IMG/VR virus record: IMGVR_UViG_3300031774_000002
DNA length: 20,000 nucleotides
Reading direction: 5' to 3' (one strand)
Source of the DNA: an uncultured virus (IMG/VR IMGVR_UViG_3300031774_000002)
Lineage: Duplodnaviria; Heunggongvirae; Uroviricota; Caudoviricetes
The translations under genes were made by a program, and so were the position numbers. The number at the start of each line of letters is the position of its first letter. The first letter of the stretch is position 1. Below the pieces are notes generated by a model, which did no database searches, was not told the DNA's origin, and worked only from the letters and a program-made list of their open reading frames with translations. This document shows, in pieces, positions 7,587 to 15,843 of the stretch.

Positions 7587-10432
7587 GTGTCTACGCACCT
7601 CATAACAAATGATTGTGCTATAACGGAATGCATTTTTTTCTGTACCGCATTTCCAGGTGGATAGCTATCATAATGAACTGTTCCAGGACGCTGTAGCACT
7701 TCAAGTGCCAAGTTTCCAGCAGAGCTTGTTTTAGTGGGGTCATCAGGATCCATAATCATCGAAAGTGTGGTTCTAGCACCGCCAGCATAGGATTGATATG
7801 TCCTGTATTCCTGTTCATGAATATGATTGTAGTCGACATTTGTGTGCGATATATCAAGAGTAGGTCTCTGAGGACCAAACGCAAAATCATCAAATACTGT
7901 ATGAATCATAAGATCACCATAATTAACAGCTTGTTGAGTCTCTGGACCTAGAACATCACTCGAACCAAAAGTGAAAGATTGAAGACCAGTTCTCTCTGGT
8001 GATTTGAAAGAGTTTGTCACACATTCCCATTTTCCTGGAAACATAAAAACATCTTGTACAGCAAAACGCTTGCTTGCATGCTGACCGACAAATCTGACTT
8101 TTAATCTCCCTATCTCGCTAAGTGGAAGAGGGATATGATAGACATACCATAATGAGTGTGGGTGGTCTGCTTCATTGGATATGCCAGCTGTTTGACCTAG
8201 AGCTTCTAAATGTCCTTGCGGATAATCACCTTCTCCGTCGTTATCTTCTCCACCAAAAGAATATGCACCCCTCAATGGGAAACAGTCTACAGTAGATAAA
8301 TCAGCATCACCAGTTCCTTCAGTAACATTTAAACAAGTGGGTTGAAATTTTGAAGAAGCATCATTAACAAAGTCATCCGAGTTGCCTCCCAAGTTCCCAC
8401 CTTCATAAGAAAAATAACCTTTGGTGTCAGTTCCATCCATAACCTCTGCACCTAGCTGTGCGTGATTTATAAGGACGGTTGTGAAGGTATAGTCCCTATA
8501 ATCTAATCTCTGGGAATAATTTTTTCTAGTTCCTTCTGAACCACCCCAAAATAAACCAAATAGATTAGTATCTTCTGTCACAGCAGATGTTGTGTCATGT
8601 TGAGGCATAGAACCAAAAAAACCGTCACCAGTGCCACCTGATATATATTGTTCAAACATAGCATCAGTGTCATATTTGAAAGAATAATAAGTCATTACTC
8701 TATCTTCTTCATGCTGAGGGCTTAAATATGTGTACTGTCTGCTAACTTCGGTTGGACCCCTGCTCCATGCTCTAGTATTGTAAAAGTGTAACCTTGCTTC
8801 CCAAAGCTCTGGTTTTTTCTGAGCAGATTGAAAATCAGAAAATTTTAATAGGTTTCCTTCAACTGAGTGATCTCCGATTGTTAATAACTCGCTATCATTG
8901 TAACGCGGTATTCCTCTTGTACCCCACCTTCCTGGTGTCGATGTTTGAAGCATTCTTCGCAATGCTTGTAACTCTAACGCATCTGCATTAGAAGTATCAC
9001 CTGCAGCACGAGTTTTTTTTGCTGCCGATATAAATGTGTTTACTATACCATCTGTTCTCGGAACATCAGCTAAAGGCAAGATTTTGTCTGAATGCCATAA
9101 AAAATCAGCAAAAGAAGTGTCATTATTCAAATCGCCATAGTAACCAACACTCGGAAGATTTAAAATACCATTATTGTCGCCTCTATCAGCATAATTGAGA
9201 TAATATAATAACCTCACCACTCCAGCACTATCTGGACCCTCGACTGAGATGAGAGAACCACTTATAAAATATGGACCAATATCACTGCCAGTGTTATTTC
9301 TTAAGAACATGTTTTTTAGGTTGCCATTATATTCAATTTGACTAGCCCCAGTCGCAGTAAATTCACTACCAAAACGGTTTGATTCTATTATTGTTGTGAA
9401 TTTAGTATCTCGCCCATCATTCAGGTTGTCAGTATCATAGGTTCCACCACTATCGCTTGGATTAAAACTGACTTGGAAAAAAGCACCGTCATTTCCTGAC
9501 ACAGTTCCTGAAGCGTCGGTAAAACCAGATGTGTCATATGCAGCATAAGTACCTGTGACATCTCGTGTTAAACCACGATAATATCCGCTCAAGTATGACT
9601 CACTAAAAAATCTAACTCCTCCTTCCCATGAATGTGTTGACTCTGGTTTATAAACATCTGGCAGGTGACCAAATTCATCCATGATACCACCTTCAAGTAA
9701 ACTTAGATAAGTAATATCATTATTAACTTTTATACTGGGTGTTGATTCAGCACCAGTTTGGGAAATTTGAACAACCTTTCCTGCACCAATTTCTATCGAA
9801 GTATCATCGATTGTTGTACTCCATACACCATTTTCTTGGAGGCTTTGATCAAAATTCAAAATACCAAATATAGTATAAGTGGCAAAGGTTGGGTCGTTTG
9901 ATGCTAATATTCTCGTATAATCTGCATGATGAAAACTGCTAGTATCAGTGCCTCTAATTTTAATTGTAAATTTGGAAATGTTTCTTGGTTGAAGCATATC
10001 AATTTGCAGATAATTTAAACTTGCATCAGTGATGCCTAATGTCCACCACCAGTGAGATCCACCAAAAGCAGAATCTGGGCTATAGGTAGACGAATGAGAA
10101 TAGCCAGCACTTACTGATATATCGCCTTGAGAGTATGGACCAAGTAGTTCGTCTGCACCACCATCAAGGTCGCTGCCATCTACTGCGAATGTGGCGGTTG
10201 GATAGACTGTATTAGTCACAGCTTCCGTTATCTGACATGATGATATCGCCTGACGATCTGTGCTGTTATTAAAAGTTCTGAGAGCAGTTTCGTTTGCAGT
10301 TAATACAGCATCTGTGCCATCTGTAGCAATGATCCTATAATACCTATATGGACCGCCATGTGGACCACCGTTTCCAGCCACAGTAGAAGATCGAAATGAG
10401 ATATCTCCTGTAGTTGATGATTTTACAGCCAT
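7583..10432 (-). CDS. Large putative virion / receptor-binding protein with an N-terminal discoidin (F5/8 type C)-like domain
   Basis: 949 aa, rich in G/S/T/D. Segments AFGGSHWWW, YLQIDMLQPRNISKFTI, ILASND and YRYYRI resemble discoidin domains. Lies downstream of a late promoter. Confidence 0.6.
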   Translation of the reverse strand: MAVKSSTTGDISFRSSTVAGNGGPHGGPYRYYRIIATDGTDAVLTANETALRTFNNSTDRQAISSCQITEAVTNTVYPTATFAVDGSDLDGGADELLGPYSQGDISVSAGYSHSSTYSPDSAFGGSHWWWTLGITDASLNYLQIDMLQPRNISKFTIKIRGTDTSSFHHADYTRILASNDPTFATYTIFGILNFDQSLQENGVWSTTIDDTSIEIGAGKVVQISQTGAESTPSIKVNNDITYLSLLEGGIMDEFGHLPDVYKPESTHSWEGGVRFFSESYLSGYYRGLTRDVTGTYAAYDTSGFTDASGTVSGNDGAFFQVSFNPSDSGGTYDTDNLNDGRDTKFTTIIESNRFGSEFTATGASQIEYNGNLKNMFLRNNTGSDIGPYFISGSLISVEGPDSAGVVRLLYYLNYADRGDNNGILNLPSVGYYGDLNNDTSFADFLWHSDKILPLADVPRTDGIVNTFISAAKKTRAAGDTSNADALELQALRRMLQTSTPGRWGTRGIPRYNDSELLTIGDHSVEGNLLKFSDFQSAQKKPELWEARLHFYNTRAWSRGPTEVSRQYTYLSPQHEEDRVMTYYSFKYDTDAMFEQYISGGTGDGFFGSMPQHDTTSAVTEDTNLFGLFWGGSEGTRKNYSQRLDYRDYTFTTVLINHAQLGAEVMDGTDTKGYFSYEGGNLGGNSDDFVNDASSKFQPTCLNVTEGTGDADLSTVDCFPLRGAYSFGGEDNDGEGDYPQGHLEALGQTAGISNEADHPHSLWYVYHIPLPLSEIGRLKVRFVGQHASKRFAVQDVFMFPGKWECVTNSFKSPERTGLQSFTFGSSDVLGPETQQAVNYGDLMIHTVFDDFAFGPQRPTLDISHTNVDYNHIHEQEYRTYQSYAGGARTTLSMIMDPDDPTKTSSAGNLALEVLQRPGTVHYDSYPPGNAVQKKMHSVIAQSFVMRCVDT

Positions 10433-10457
10433 TCTATTCTACCTTATTATGTTATTC

Positions 10458-10787
10458 TCAGACCCACGGAAGATCGCGTGGTTGAGTAGAGTTTCTTTTT
10501 TCTTCTATGGCTTGATCACAAGCGTTTTTACATTTGTTAAGATATTCATCAGAAATATTTGACTCGATCCAAGAAACGACTGTATTTGCTTGTAAGTTGC
10601 CAAACTCTACAAATTCGGATCCTGATTCTGGTTCTGGTATAACAGTGTTTCCTTCAAATCTAACAACAGTGCCATCATCGTGGGTTCCAACTAAATGAAA
10701 TGCCACATTCACTACAGCTTTTTCATGACCATGTGATGTTGTTTTAGTATCTAGATAAACAATGTCGTAGTAATATTGGTTTGCCAT
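10458..10787 (-). CDS. Small tail-fibre-associated protein (possible assembly/chaperone type)
   Basis: 109 aa. The pattern VVNV..H, FVEFGNL...V.SWI and C-terminal LPW resembles small proteins encoded beside phage tail-fibre genes. First gene after a late promoter. Confidence 0.55.
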   Translation of the reverse strand: MANQYYYDIVYLDTKTTSHGHEKAVVNVAFHLVGTHDDGTVVRFEGNTVIPEPESGSEFVEFGNLQANTVVSWIESNISDEYLNKCKNACDQAIEEKRNSTQPRDLPWV

Positions 10788-10826
10788 TTATTGACCTGCT
10801 TGTTGTTGATGTTTACATTAATGTTC

Positions 10827-10834
10827 TATTTATA
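10827..10834 (-). promoter_or_regulatory. T4-type late promoter TATAAATA
   Basis: Exact match 39 nt upstream of the ATG at 10787. Confidence 0.85.
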
Positions 10835-10850
10835 ATAGTTTTTTGTTCCA

Positions 10851-11999
10851 TTATTTATTTTTGATCATATTATATTTTTCTTCTAAGCTCTTAGCTGAAC
10901 AATTGGCTGGATGTTCTATTTGACAAACAACCTCACCATCAACCTCAATATCCCACAAATAATTTAATGTTGTCTCAAACACTTCAGGAACATAATCTGG
11001 AGGATAATCAACCTCAAGCTCAGGTAATGAATAATCTTCATGCAACAACATTTGCTTTTCCATATTGCATATCTCTTGGTTAAAAGGAAATAACCATTTG
11101 TTATTATTCTCACCAAATTCACCAACTTGACAAACAACTCCAGGATTGCTAGTATCATAGATATATGTTGGCGGTTTTTCCACATTGCAAAACATTTCTA
11201 ATCTTCCATGATAAGATTCATTTTTAAGAATAAAATATTGTGCTGTATCTTCTCCTACAAGAAGAAATTCTTTAAATTTATGTACTGCTGCTTTTCTAGA
11301 ATACCATGTTACTCTGCAGTGAGCTTCAAATGTTTCGCAATATTTTTGTTGTTTAGCATAATATATTAACATCTCTAATCTATCGCCTTTAGATATTTTC
11401 CTATCACTTGATAGTCCAGCGATGACTTTATTCCATAATTCTTTCTTTCTTACTTTACCATCAGCAGAATCTAATAGGTTAAGTGTTTCAGGTTCACCAT
11501 TTACAGTAAAAATTAAATTTGGTTTAACCTTGATATATTCTTCTGGTATATCACCAAGTTTCAATTCATTTTGATCAACATTATTTTCTTTTATCCATGT
11601 GTCAACAAGATTTCTATCCCAGACAAGAGCCATTTGATTTTTCATGCAAATAACATCTGGTGGAGAGTCTTGCTCAGCTATTCTTTTATACATCCAAACG
11701 CCATGTTGTGTCAAATAATCATCACCGTCAATCATAACAAAATAATCTTGATCACTCTCTAAAAATAAATCAAGCACACTGTTCTTTCCACGCGATGCAG
11801 TTCCGTTAGAATCTGTGACATAATGTTCTATATCTCTAGAGGAACACCACTCTTTCGCTTCAGCTTCATACTCTTTATCTAAAGTATTGATTACAACAAT
11901 AAGATCTTCCTTTGGTATTGCACTATAATCTGGGTGAATGTGTCTTTCAAGGCAATTAATTGATCTAGTAGTTAATACATAAAATTTCATTTTATTCAT
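10851..11999 (-). CDS. Putative GT-A fold (GT2-like) glycosyltransferase
   Basis: N-terminal FYVLTT...LIVVIN, SNGTASRGKN (NxG...RN-like), YFVMIDGDD (DxD motif) and a later GED. ATGA-coupled to the methyltransferase. Confidence 0.7.
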   Translation of the reverse strand: MNKMKFYVLTTRSINCLERHIHPDYSAIPKEDLIVVINTLDKEYEAEAKEWCSSRDIEHYVTDSNGTASRGKNSVLDLFLESDQDYFVMIDGDDYLTQHGVWMYKRIAEQDSPPDVICMKNQMALVWDRNLVDTWIKENNVDQNELKLGDIPEEYIKVKPNLIFTVNGEPETLNLLDSADGKVRKKELWNKVIAGLSSDRKISKGDRLEMLIYYAKQQKYCETFEAHCRVTWYSRKAAVHKFKEFLLVGEDTAQYFILKNESYHGRLEMFCNVEKPPTYIYDTSNPGVVCQVGEFGENNNKWLFPFNQEICNMEKQMLLHEDYSLPELEVDYPPDYVPEVFETTLNYLWDIEVDGEVVCQIEHPANCSAKSLEEKYNMIKNK

Positions 12000-12619
12000 C
12001 TATCAATCCTTTTTATCCAACTGCTGTCTTGAAATACTTTTGTTGGTCTTTTGATAATTTCATCTATAGCCTGCACGCATCCAGGAAATGCTGGCTCATC
12101 TGTTTTGGGGAATTGAGGAAATCTGTAATCATGCCCACCTATAAAACCCCCAGTTTTAACTTTTGGTATGTAATTAATCAAATCAGATTTAACTGCTTCA
12201 TAGCTATGGTTAGCATCAATGTAAATGAAATCAAAATATTCGTCTTGAAATACTTCGTGGATATTTTGGCTGAAATCTCTATGATGCACAATATTATGAT
12301 AATGTCTGGTATTTAAAAGAAACTGATTTTCAACAAACTCCCAGTCATAAAAATTCTCATCATTAAATTGTTCTTCTCCAGTGAATGGCTCTATACAATG
12401 TATTTCTTTAAATAAATTTGCCATACCAAACATAGCTGTTGATTCGCCCATGTAACTACCAATCTCGAGCATTTTTGCTTCCTTCACACCTCTTTTTTGC
12501 AGATCTTGTATTAATCTAAAAAGACCAGTCACAAAAACATTACCTTTGAACTCACTAAAAAATTGTGGTGGTGTGAATCTAAGTGAGTATAAAACTTTGT
12601 CATCTCTTGTGTATGTCAT
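11996..12619 (-). CDS. Class I SAM-dependent methyltransferase (Methyltransf_24-like), 207 aa; start revised to ATG 12619
   Basis: LEIGSYMGEST, FDFIYIDANHSYEAVKSD and KTGGFIGGHDY. ATGA overlap with the upstream stop at 12616-12619 and an AGGAG SD at 12627-12631. Confidence 0.88.
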   Translation of the reverse strand: MTYTRDDKVLYSLRFTPPQFFSEFKGNVFVTGLFRLIQDLQKRGVKEAKMLEIGSYMGESTAMFGMANLFKEIHCIEPFTGEEQFNDENFYDWEFVENQFLLNTRHYHNIVHHRDFSQNIHEVFQDEYFDFIYIDANHSYEAVKSDLINYIPKVKTGGFIGGHDYRFPQFPKTDEPAFPGCVQAIDEIIKRPTKVFQDSSWIKRIDR

Positions 12620-14487
12620 AAAGTATCTCCTGTGTACCTCGAAGTCCACATTGTCAGACTATATTTAACGCCACTCGTCAACTCTTCACACAAGTGACCG
12701 TGTGTTACCATTCCTGGAAATAGTATACACTTACCAACTTCTATATTTTTATTGGTGATATTTTGTCTTGGAAAAACTAAATCAGCACCCTCATACTCAT
12801 CATTTAATTTTACTGATCCAGTAATCATGCTTGCGTCACAGTGATGGTTTAGGCTCTTTTGTGTTTCTAGACAATACCTCATAACAAACGCATCGCGTAA
12901 TCCATACATTAATGTTGGTTTCCAGAATGCTTCTGTTATAGGATAAATGTTTTTCTGCCAATGGTTTTCTAATGCTTCAAAAGCACCAAACTCTGACATT
13001 CGTATTTCATAAGCTGGGAACTTATCTCCTTCCAATGGCTCCCACCCACCATGATTGTCTGCCATCGCAATCAAGTCTTCGCATTGTGATTGTGTCATGA
13101 AGTCTATGACTAACATATCATCGGATATAACATCAACCCCTTTGTAGTTTGGTATATACAACATTGGTGTTGACATCTTAACAGAGTTTCTTGCAGCATT
13201 AAATTTTTTCTTTGCTTCGTCACCACCGTTTCCATGATAGATACACCCAAATGTATTAGTGACAGGATTTAAAAATTTATTTTGGTCAACATCATATTTC
13301 ACTTGTGGCTCGTGACATTGGAATATGTAACCCTCATAGTCCAGCTTCATGTCATAATCACCAGACAAGAATGCTTTCTGATAAAATAGTTGATCATCTG
13401 AAGAGTTTTCAATAGTGGCAGAGCTGAGTATCTTTTTCAGCTCACTTACAACCCCAATAAATGTACCGCTGTTTAGGTATCTATACTTTGTGCCACCATC
13501 TGGGAACTTTTCAGCAAGGGATTTATCTGGCCAAATCTCTGTCTCGGATGAGAATAAAACTTTTGTTCGGAAGCTGAGATATCTTCTAGTTATCTCCTCA
13601 AGGTCAGAGAAATACATCACATCATATGCATCAGTAAAAAGAACAACATCGTTGTCTGGGAGTTCATTCACATAGTCTCTGAGGATATTAATCTTATGAC
13701 CACCCCCAGTTGATTGCATAGTGCCACCTTGCCACTCAACACCTTTACCGAGATTTTTAGGATAAACACCATACAACGCAGCAGTGTCATTTAGAGGAGC
13801 ACATTTTTTTATGTCAGTGCCAATTGTTACAGCGTGTGTATTGAAGTCAATGAAGAAGTCAGCTTCATTATTATTTTCTATATCTGATGACAACAAAGAT
13901 CTGGGTGTTTGCTTTATAACATCATCTTTAAATGCAACAACATTCATATTGTCTATCATTATAGGAAGATATTCGTCTACTGGTATTATTGCTTGATCAA
14001 CATTCCCATCAATAAGCTGTTGTGCTGTTTTTGGCGTTATAGCATAAGCATGGGCGTTATATGGATATGATGGAACTTCAAGCTCATCATCTATTGAAAC
14101 AACCTCGTCAGGTCTATTTTCGTTCCTGCCAAAATAGACCATATCATATTTTTTTATTAGTTTATTTGCTTTCTTGTCGGTGTAATTATCTCCAACAATC
14201 GCATCATCTTCTAATATGAGAACTGGTTCATTTAATTCGATGCATTTCAACCACGCTTCTCGATGAGATAAAGTGCATCCAACCTCTGATTTTTTAAGTT
14301 TTCTATTTAAGAAAGGATCACGCCAAGACAAATGCGATGAAAACCCAATGCCCTTCAATGCTTTGAAATCTAATCCAGAAGCATCTATGGCATTGAGCCA
14401 TTCATAATTTGTTATTTTTGAATTTACTTTTAAAAAGTGTTCCTTGCGATCTGTTCTTCTCGCAAGATTTATAACCAACTTTTTCAT
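12616..14487 (-). CDS. Three-domain protein: GT25 (COLGALT-like) + PLOD-type glycosyltransferase + Fe(II)/2OG lysyl-hydroxylase-like dioxygenase, 623 aa
   Basis: GT25: VINLARRTDR, RDPFLNRKL..SEVGCTLSH, LILEDD, PVDEYLP, SDIE. PLOD-GT: LGKGVEWQGG...GGGHKI, LFTDAYDV, YLNSGTFIG, DDQLFY, HGNG. Fe-2OG: FVMRY, HCD, FPG..THGH, GVKYSL. The GGAG SD at 14494-14497 favours ATG 14487. Confidence 0.88.
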   Translation of the reverse strand: MKKLVINLARRTDRKEHFLKVNSKITNYEWLNAIDASGLDFKALKGIGFSSHLSWRDPFLNRKLKKSEVGCTLSHREAWLKCIELNEPVLILEDDAIVGDNYTDKKANKLIKKYDMVYFGRNENRPDEVVSIDDELEVPSYPYNAHAYAITPKTAQQLIDGNVDQAIIPVDEYLPIMIDNMNVVAFKDDVIKQTPRSLLSSDIENNNEADFFIDFNTHAVTIGTDIKKCAPLNDTAALYGVYPKNLGKGVEWQGGTMQSTGGGHKINILRDYVNELPDNDVVLFTDAYDVMYFSDLEEITRRYLSFRTKVLFSSETEIWPDKSLAEKFPDGGTKYRYLNSGTFIGVVSELKKILSSATIENSSDDQLFYQKAFLSGDYDMKLDYEGYIFQCHEPQVKYDVDQNKFLNPVTNTFGCIYHGNGGDEAKKKFNAARNSVKMSTPMLYIPNYKGVDVISDDMLVIDFMTQSQCEDLIAMADNHGGWEPLEGDKFPAYEIRMSEFGAFEALENHWQKNIYPITEAFWKPTLMYGLRDAFVMRYCLETQKSLNHHCDASMITGSVKLNDEYEGADLVFPRQNITNKNIEVGKCILFPGMVTHGHLCEELTSGVKYSLTMWTSRYTGDTL

Positions 14488-14489
14488 CA

Positions 14490-14535
14490 ACCACTCCGCA
14501 ACATAATCAAATTTATGCTACTATATAGGAGTTGT
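14490..14535 (-). promoter_or_regulatory. Predicted SD-sequestering mRNA hairpin with an embedded late-promoter-like TATATAGT
   Basis: Minus-strand RNA: ACAACUCC-UAUAUA-GUAGCAUAA-AUUUGA-UUAUGUUGC-GGAGUGGU. The 9-bp inner stem includes 2 G-U pairs, and ACUCC pairs with the GGAGU SD. Confidence 0.5.
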
Positions 14536-14548
14536 AAAAAAGATGATT

Positions 14549-14713
14549 TTATCCTTTCTTCTGTTCCATCCTACCAATAGCATCTAAAGAAGCAAATGTA
14601 CCAATAGCAACAACAACAATACCCATTGTCAATGACATTTGCTCATTGTCCATACCTCCAACAGCACCGAAAATTAAAAAGAAACCTAACAATAATTGAA
14701 TTGCATTTAACAT
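14549..14713 (-). CDS. Small membrane protein, 54 aa, two hydrophobic segments (not in the ORF track)
   Basis: Hand translation: MLNAIQLLLGFFLIFGAVGGMDNEQMSLTMGIVVVAIGTFASLDAIGRMEQKKG. It fills the gap and starts 8 nt after the peptidase stop. Confidence 0.75.
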   Translation of the reverse strand: MLNAIQLLLGFFLIFGAVGGMDNEQMSLTMGIVVVAIGTFASLDAIGRMEQKKG

Positions 14714-14721
14714 AATATTTC

Positions 14722-15141
14722 TCACTTTAATGGTAGTTCAAAAGGGAAGCATTCAGCAAACAAAACTTTTTCGAGTTTATATGCCTCCTTTTCCCATGGT
14801 TGGTTTTCATACTGATATCCGTCAGCACTCCTTTTCTTCCATGCCCATCCACCGTTCTTTGTATAACCAAGTTCATTGCGCAGATATTGTCTTGCATGAA
14901 CCATCTCATGAGCAAGTGTTATCATTTGCTGAAGGAATGTTGTAGGTTGAGTGGCAATAGTCAGCGTCAAATCATCATCATCATACCAACATTCACCAAT
15001 ACATCCGTATGGAAGAACCCTCTGAAACTTAACAGTCAAAACTCTCTGAAATCTGTTTATCTTCAGTTCTTTGATTAAAGATTCAACATACAACATGACG
15101 GAGTCGCGATTTTTCACGCGACCTTTTATATTAACCAACAC
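14722..15141 (-). CDS. Putative zinc metallopeptidase (HExxH zincin-like)
   Basis: TLAHEMVHARQY plus YENQPWEKEA, with an upstream G.C strand. The GTG start overlaps the upstream TAG. Confidence 0.75.
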   Translation of the reverse strand: MLVNIKGRVKNRDSVMLYVESLIKELKINRFQRVLTVKFQRVLPYGCIGECWYDDDDLTLTIATQPTTFLQQMITLAHEMVHARQYLRNELGYTKNGGWAWKKRSADGYQYENQPWEKEAYKLEKVLFAECFPFELPLK

Positions 15142-15398
15142 TATGATGCAAACCTTGCGTCAAGCTCATCTTTTCTTTTGGATTCAATTTGAAGTTTGAT
15201 CATATCAGCATGACCGACTATACGCTCCATGACTTCAGGATTTTCGTCAGCAAGAACATTCAAGAAACCTGTTAGATAACCAACAACATAATTATCATTG
15301 TTAGCATTATTAAGCAAGTAGTCAGGATAGTTAGCTCTAATAGACGAAACGAAATCCTTAACAGCAAGCTCAGAAGTTTTAACATTATCATTACTCAT
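15141..15398 (-). CDS. Hypothetical protein, 85 aa
   Basis: ATG with a GAGGT SD; coupled to the peptidase gene. Confidence 0.75.
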   Translation of the reverse strand: MSNDNVKTSELAVKDFVSSIRANYPDYLLNNANNDNYVVGYLTGFLNVLADENPEVMERIVGHADMIKLQIESKRKDELDARFAS

Positions 15399-15420
15399 AA
15401 AATTACCTCATAAAAAAAGA

Positions 15421-15481
15421 AGTGTTGCGTCATTTGGTTCCGACACCAAATTGTTACGCTAGACTCGGGACACGCAACACT
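15421..15481 (-). ncRNA. Candidate structured cis-regulatory RNA / attenuator (unassigned family)
   Basis: A perfect 10-bp outer inverted repeat (15421-15430/15472-15481) encloses a perfect 7-bp hairpin (15432-15438/15445-15451). On the minus strand it is followed by UCUUUUUUU and then an SD. Confidence 0.5.
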
Positions 15482-15494
15482 ATTAAAACAATGT

Positions 15495-15770
15495 CTACGC
15501 TACAGAGAGCATAGACAAGGGAACATTCCAACGAGAACCAGCATCGGTCTCTACAATCGCTTTGGTTCTTTTGATTTTAAGAACAACAGCATTCATGTTC
15601 TCACTAGGGATAAAAACTTTTGAACCCTCGCGGAGATTAGACTTAACAGCAGTGGCTAGTCCTTTGCGAAGAGCTTTTTGTTTTAACTTAACAGCATCAA
15701 TAACAGCATTTAAGTCAGTAGTGTTATCAATTTTCATGATAGAAGCGATAGCAGAATTAACATTACTCAT
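15495..15770 (-). CDS. Hypothetical protein, 91 aa; helical N-terminus and SH3/KOW-like C-terminus
   Basis: The pattern GSKVFI...AVVLKIKRTKAIVE...RWNVPLSML suggests a small beta barrel. It has its own promoter and a GAGAGAG leader. Confidence 0.7.
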   Translation of the reverse strand: MSNVNSAIASIMKIDNTTDLNAVIDAVKLKQKALRKGLATAVKSNLREGSKVFIPSENMNAVVLKIKRTKAIVETDAGSRWNVPLSMLSVA

Positions 15771-15798
15771 AAAATATCTCTCTCAAAGTTAAAAATTT

Positions 15799-15827
15799 AT
15801 TATATAAAAATGGAAAGGGGAAGGCAA
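15799..15827 (-). promoter_or_regulatory. Sigma70-type (early) promoter TTGCCT-N17-TATAAT
   Basis: -35 at 15822-15827, perfect -10 at 15799-15804, 17-bp spacer, upstream of the 91-aa gene. Confidence 0.75.
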
Positions 15828-15843
15828 CAACTATTTTAGCCAA

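Noticed and set aside
15421..15481. tRNA or known self-cleaving ribozyme
   Set aside because: No cloverleaf, TTC T-loop or CCA end, no CUGANGA/GAAA hammerhead core, and no match to twister or pistol consensus by eye.
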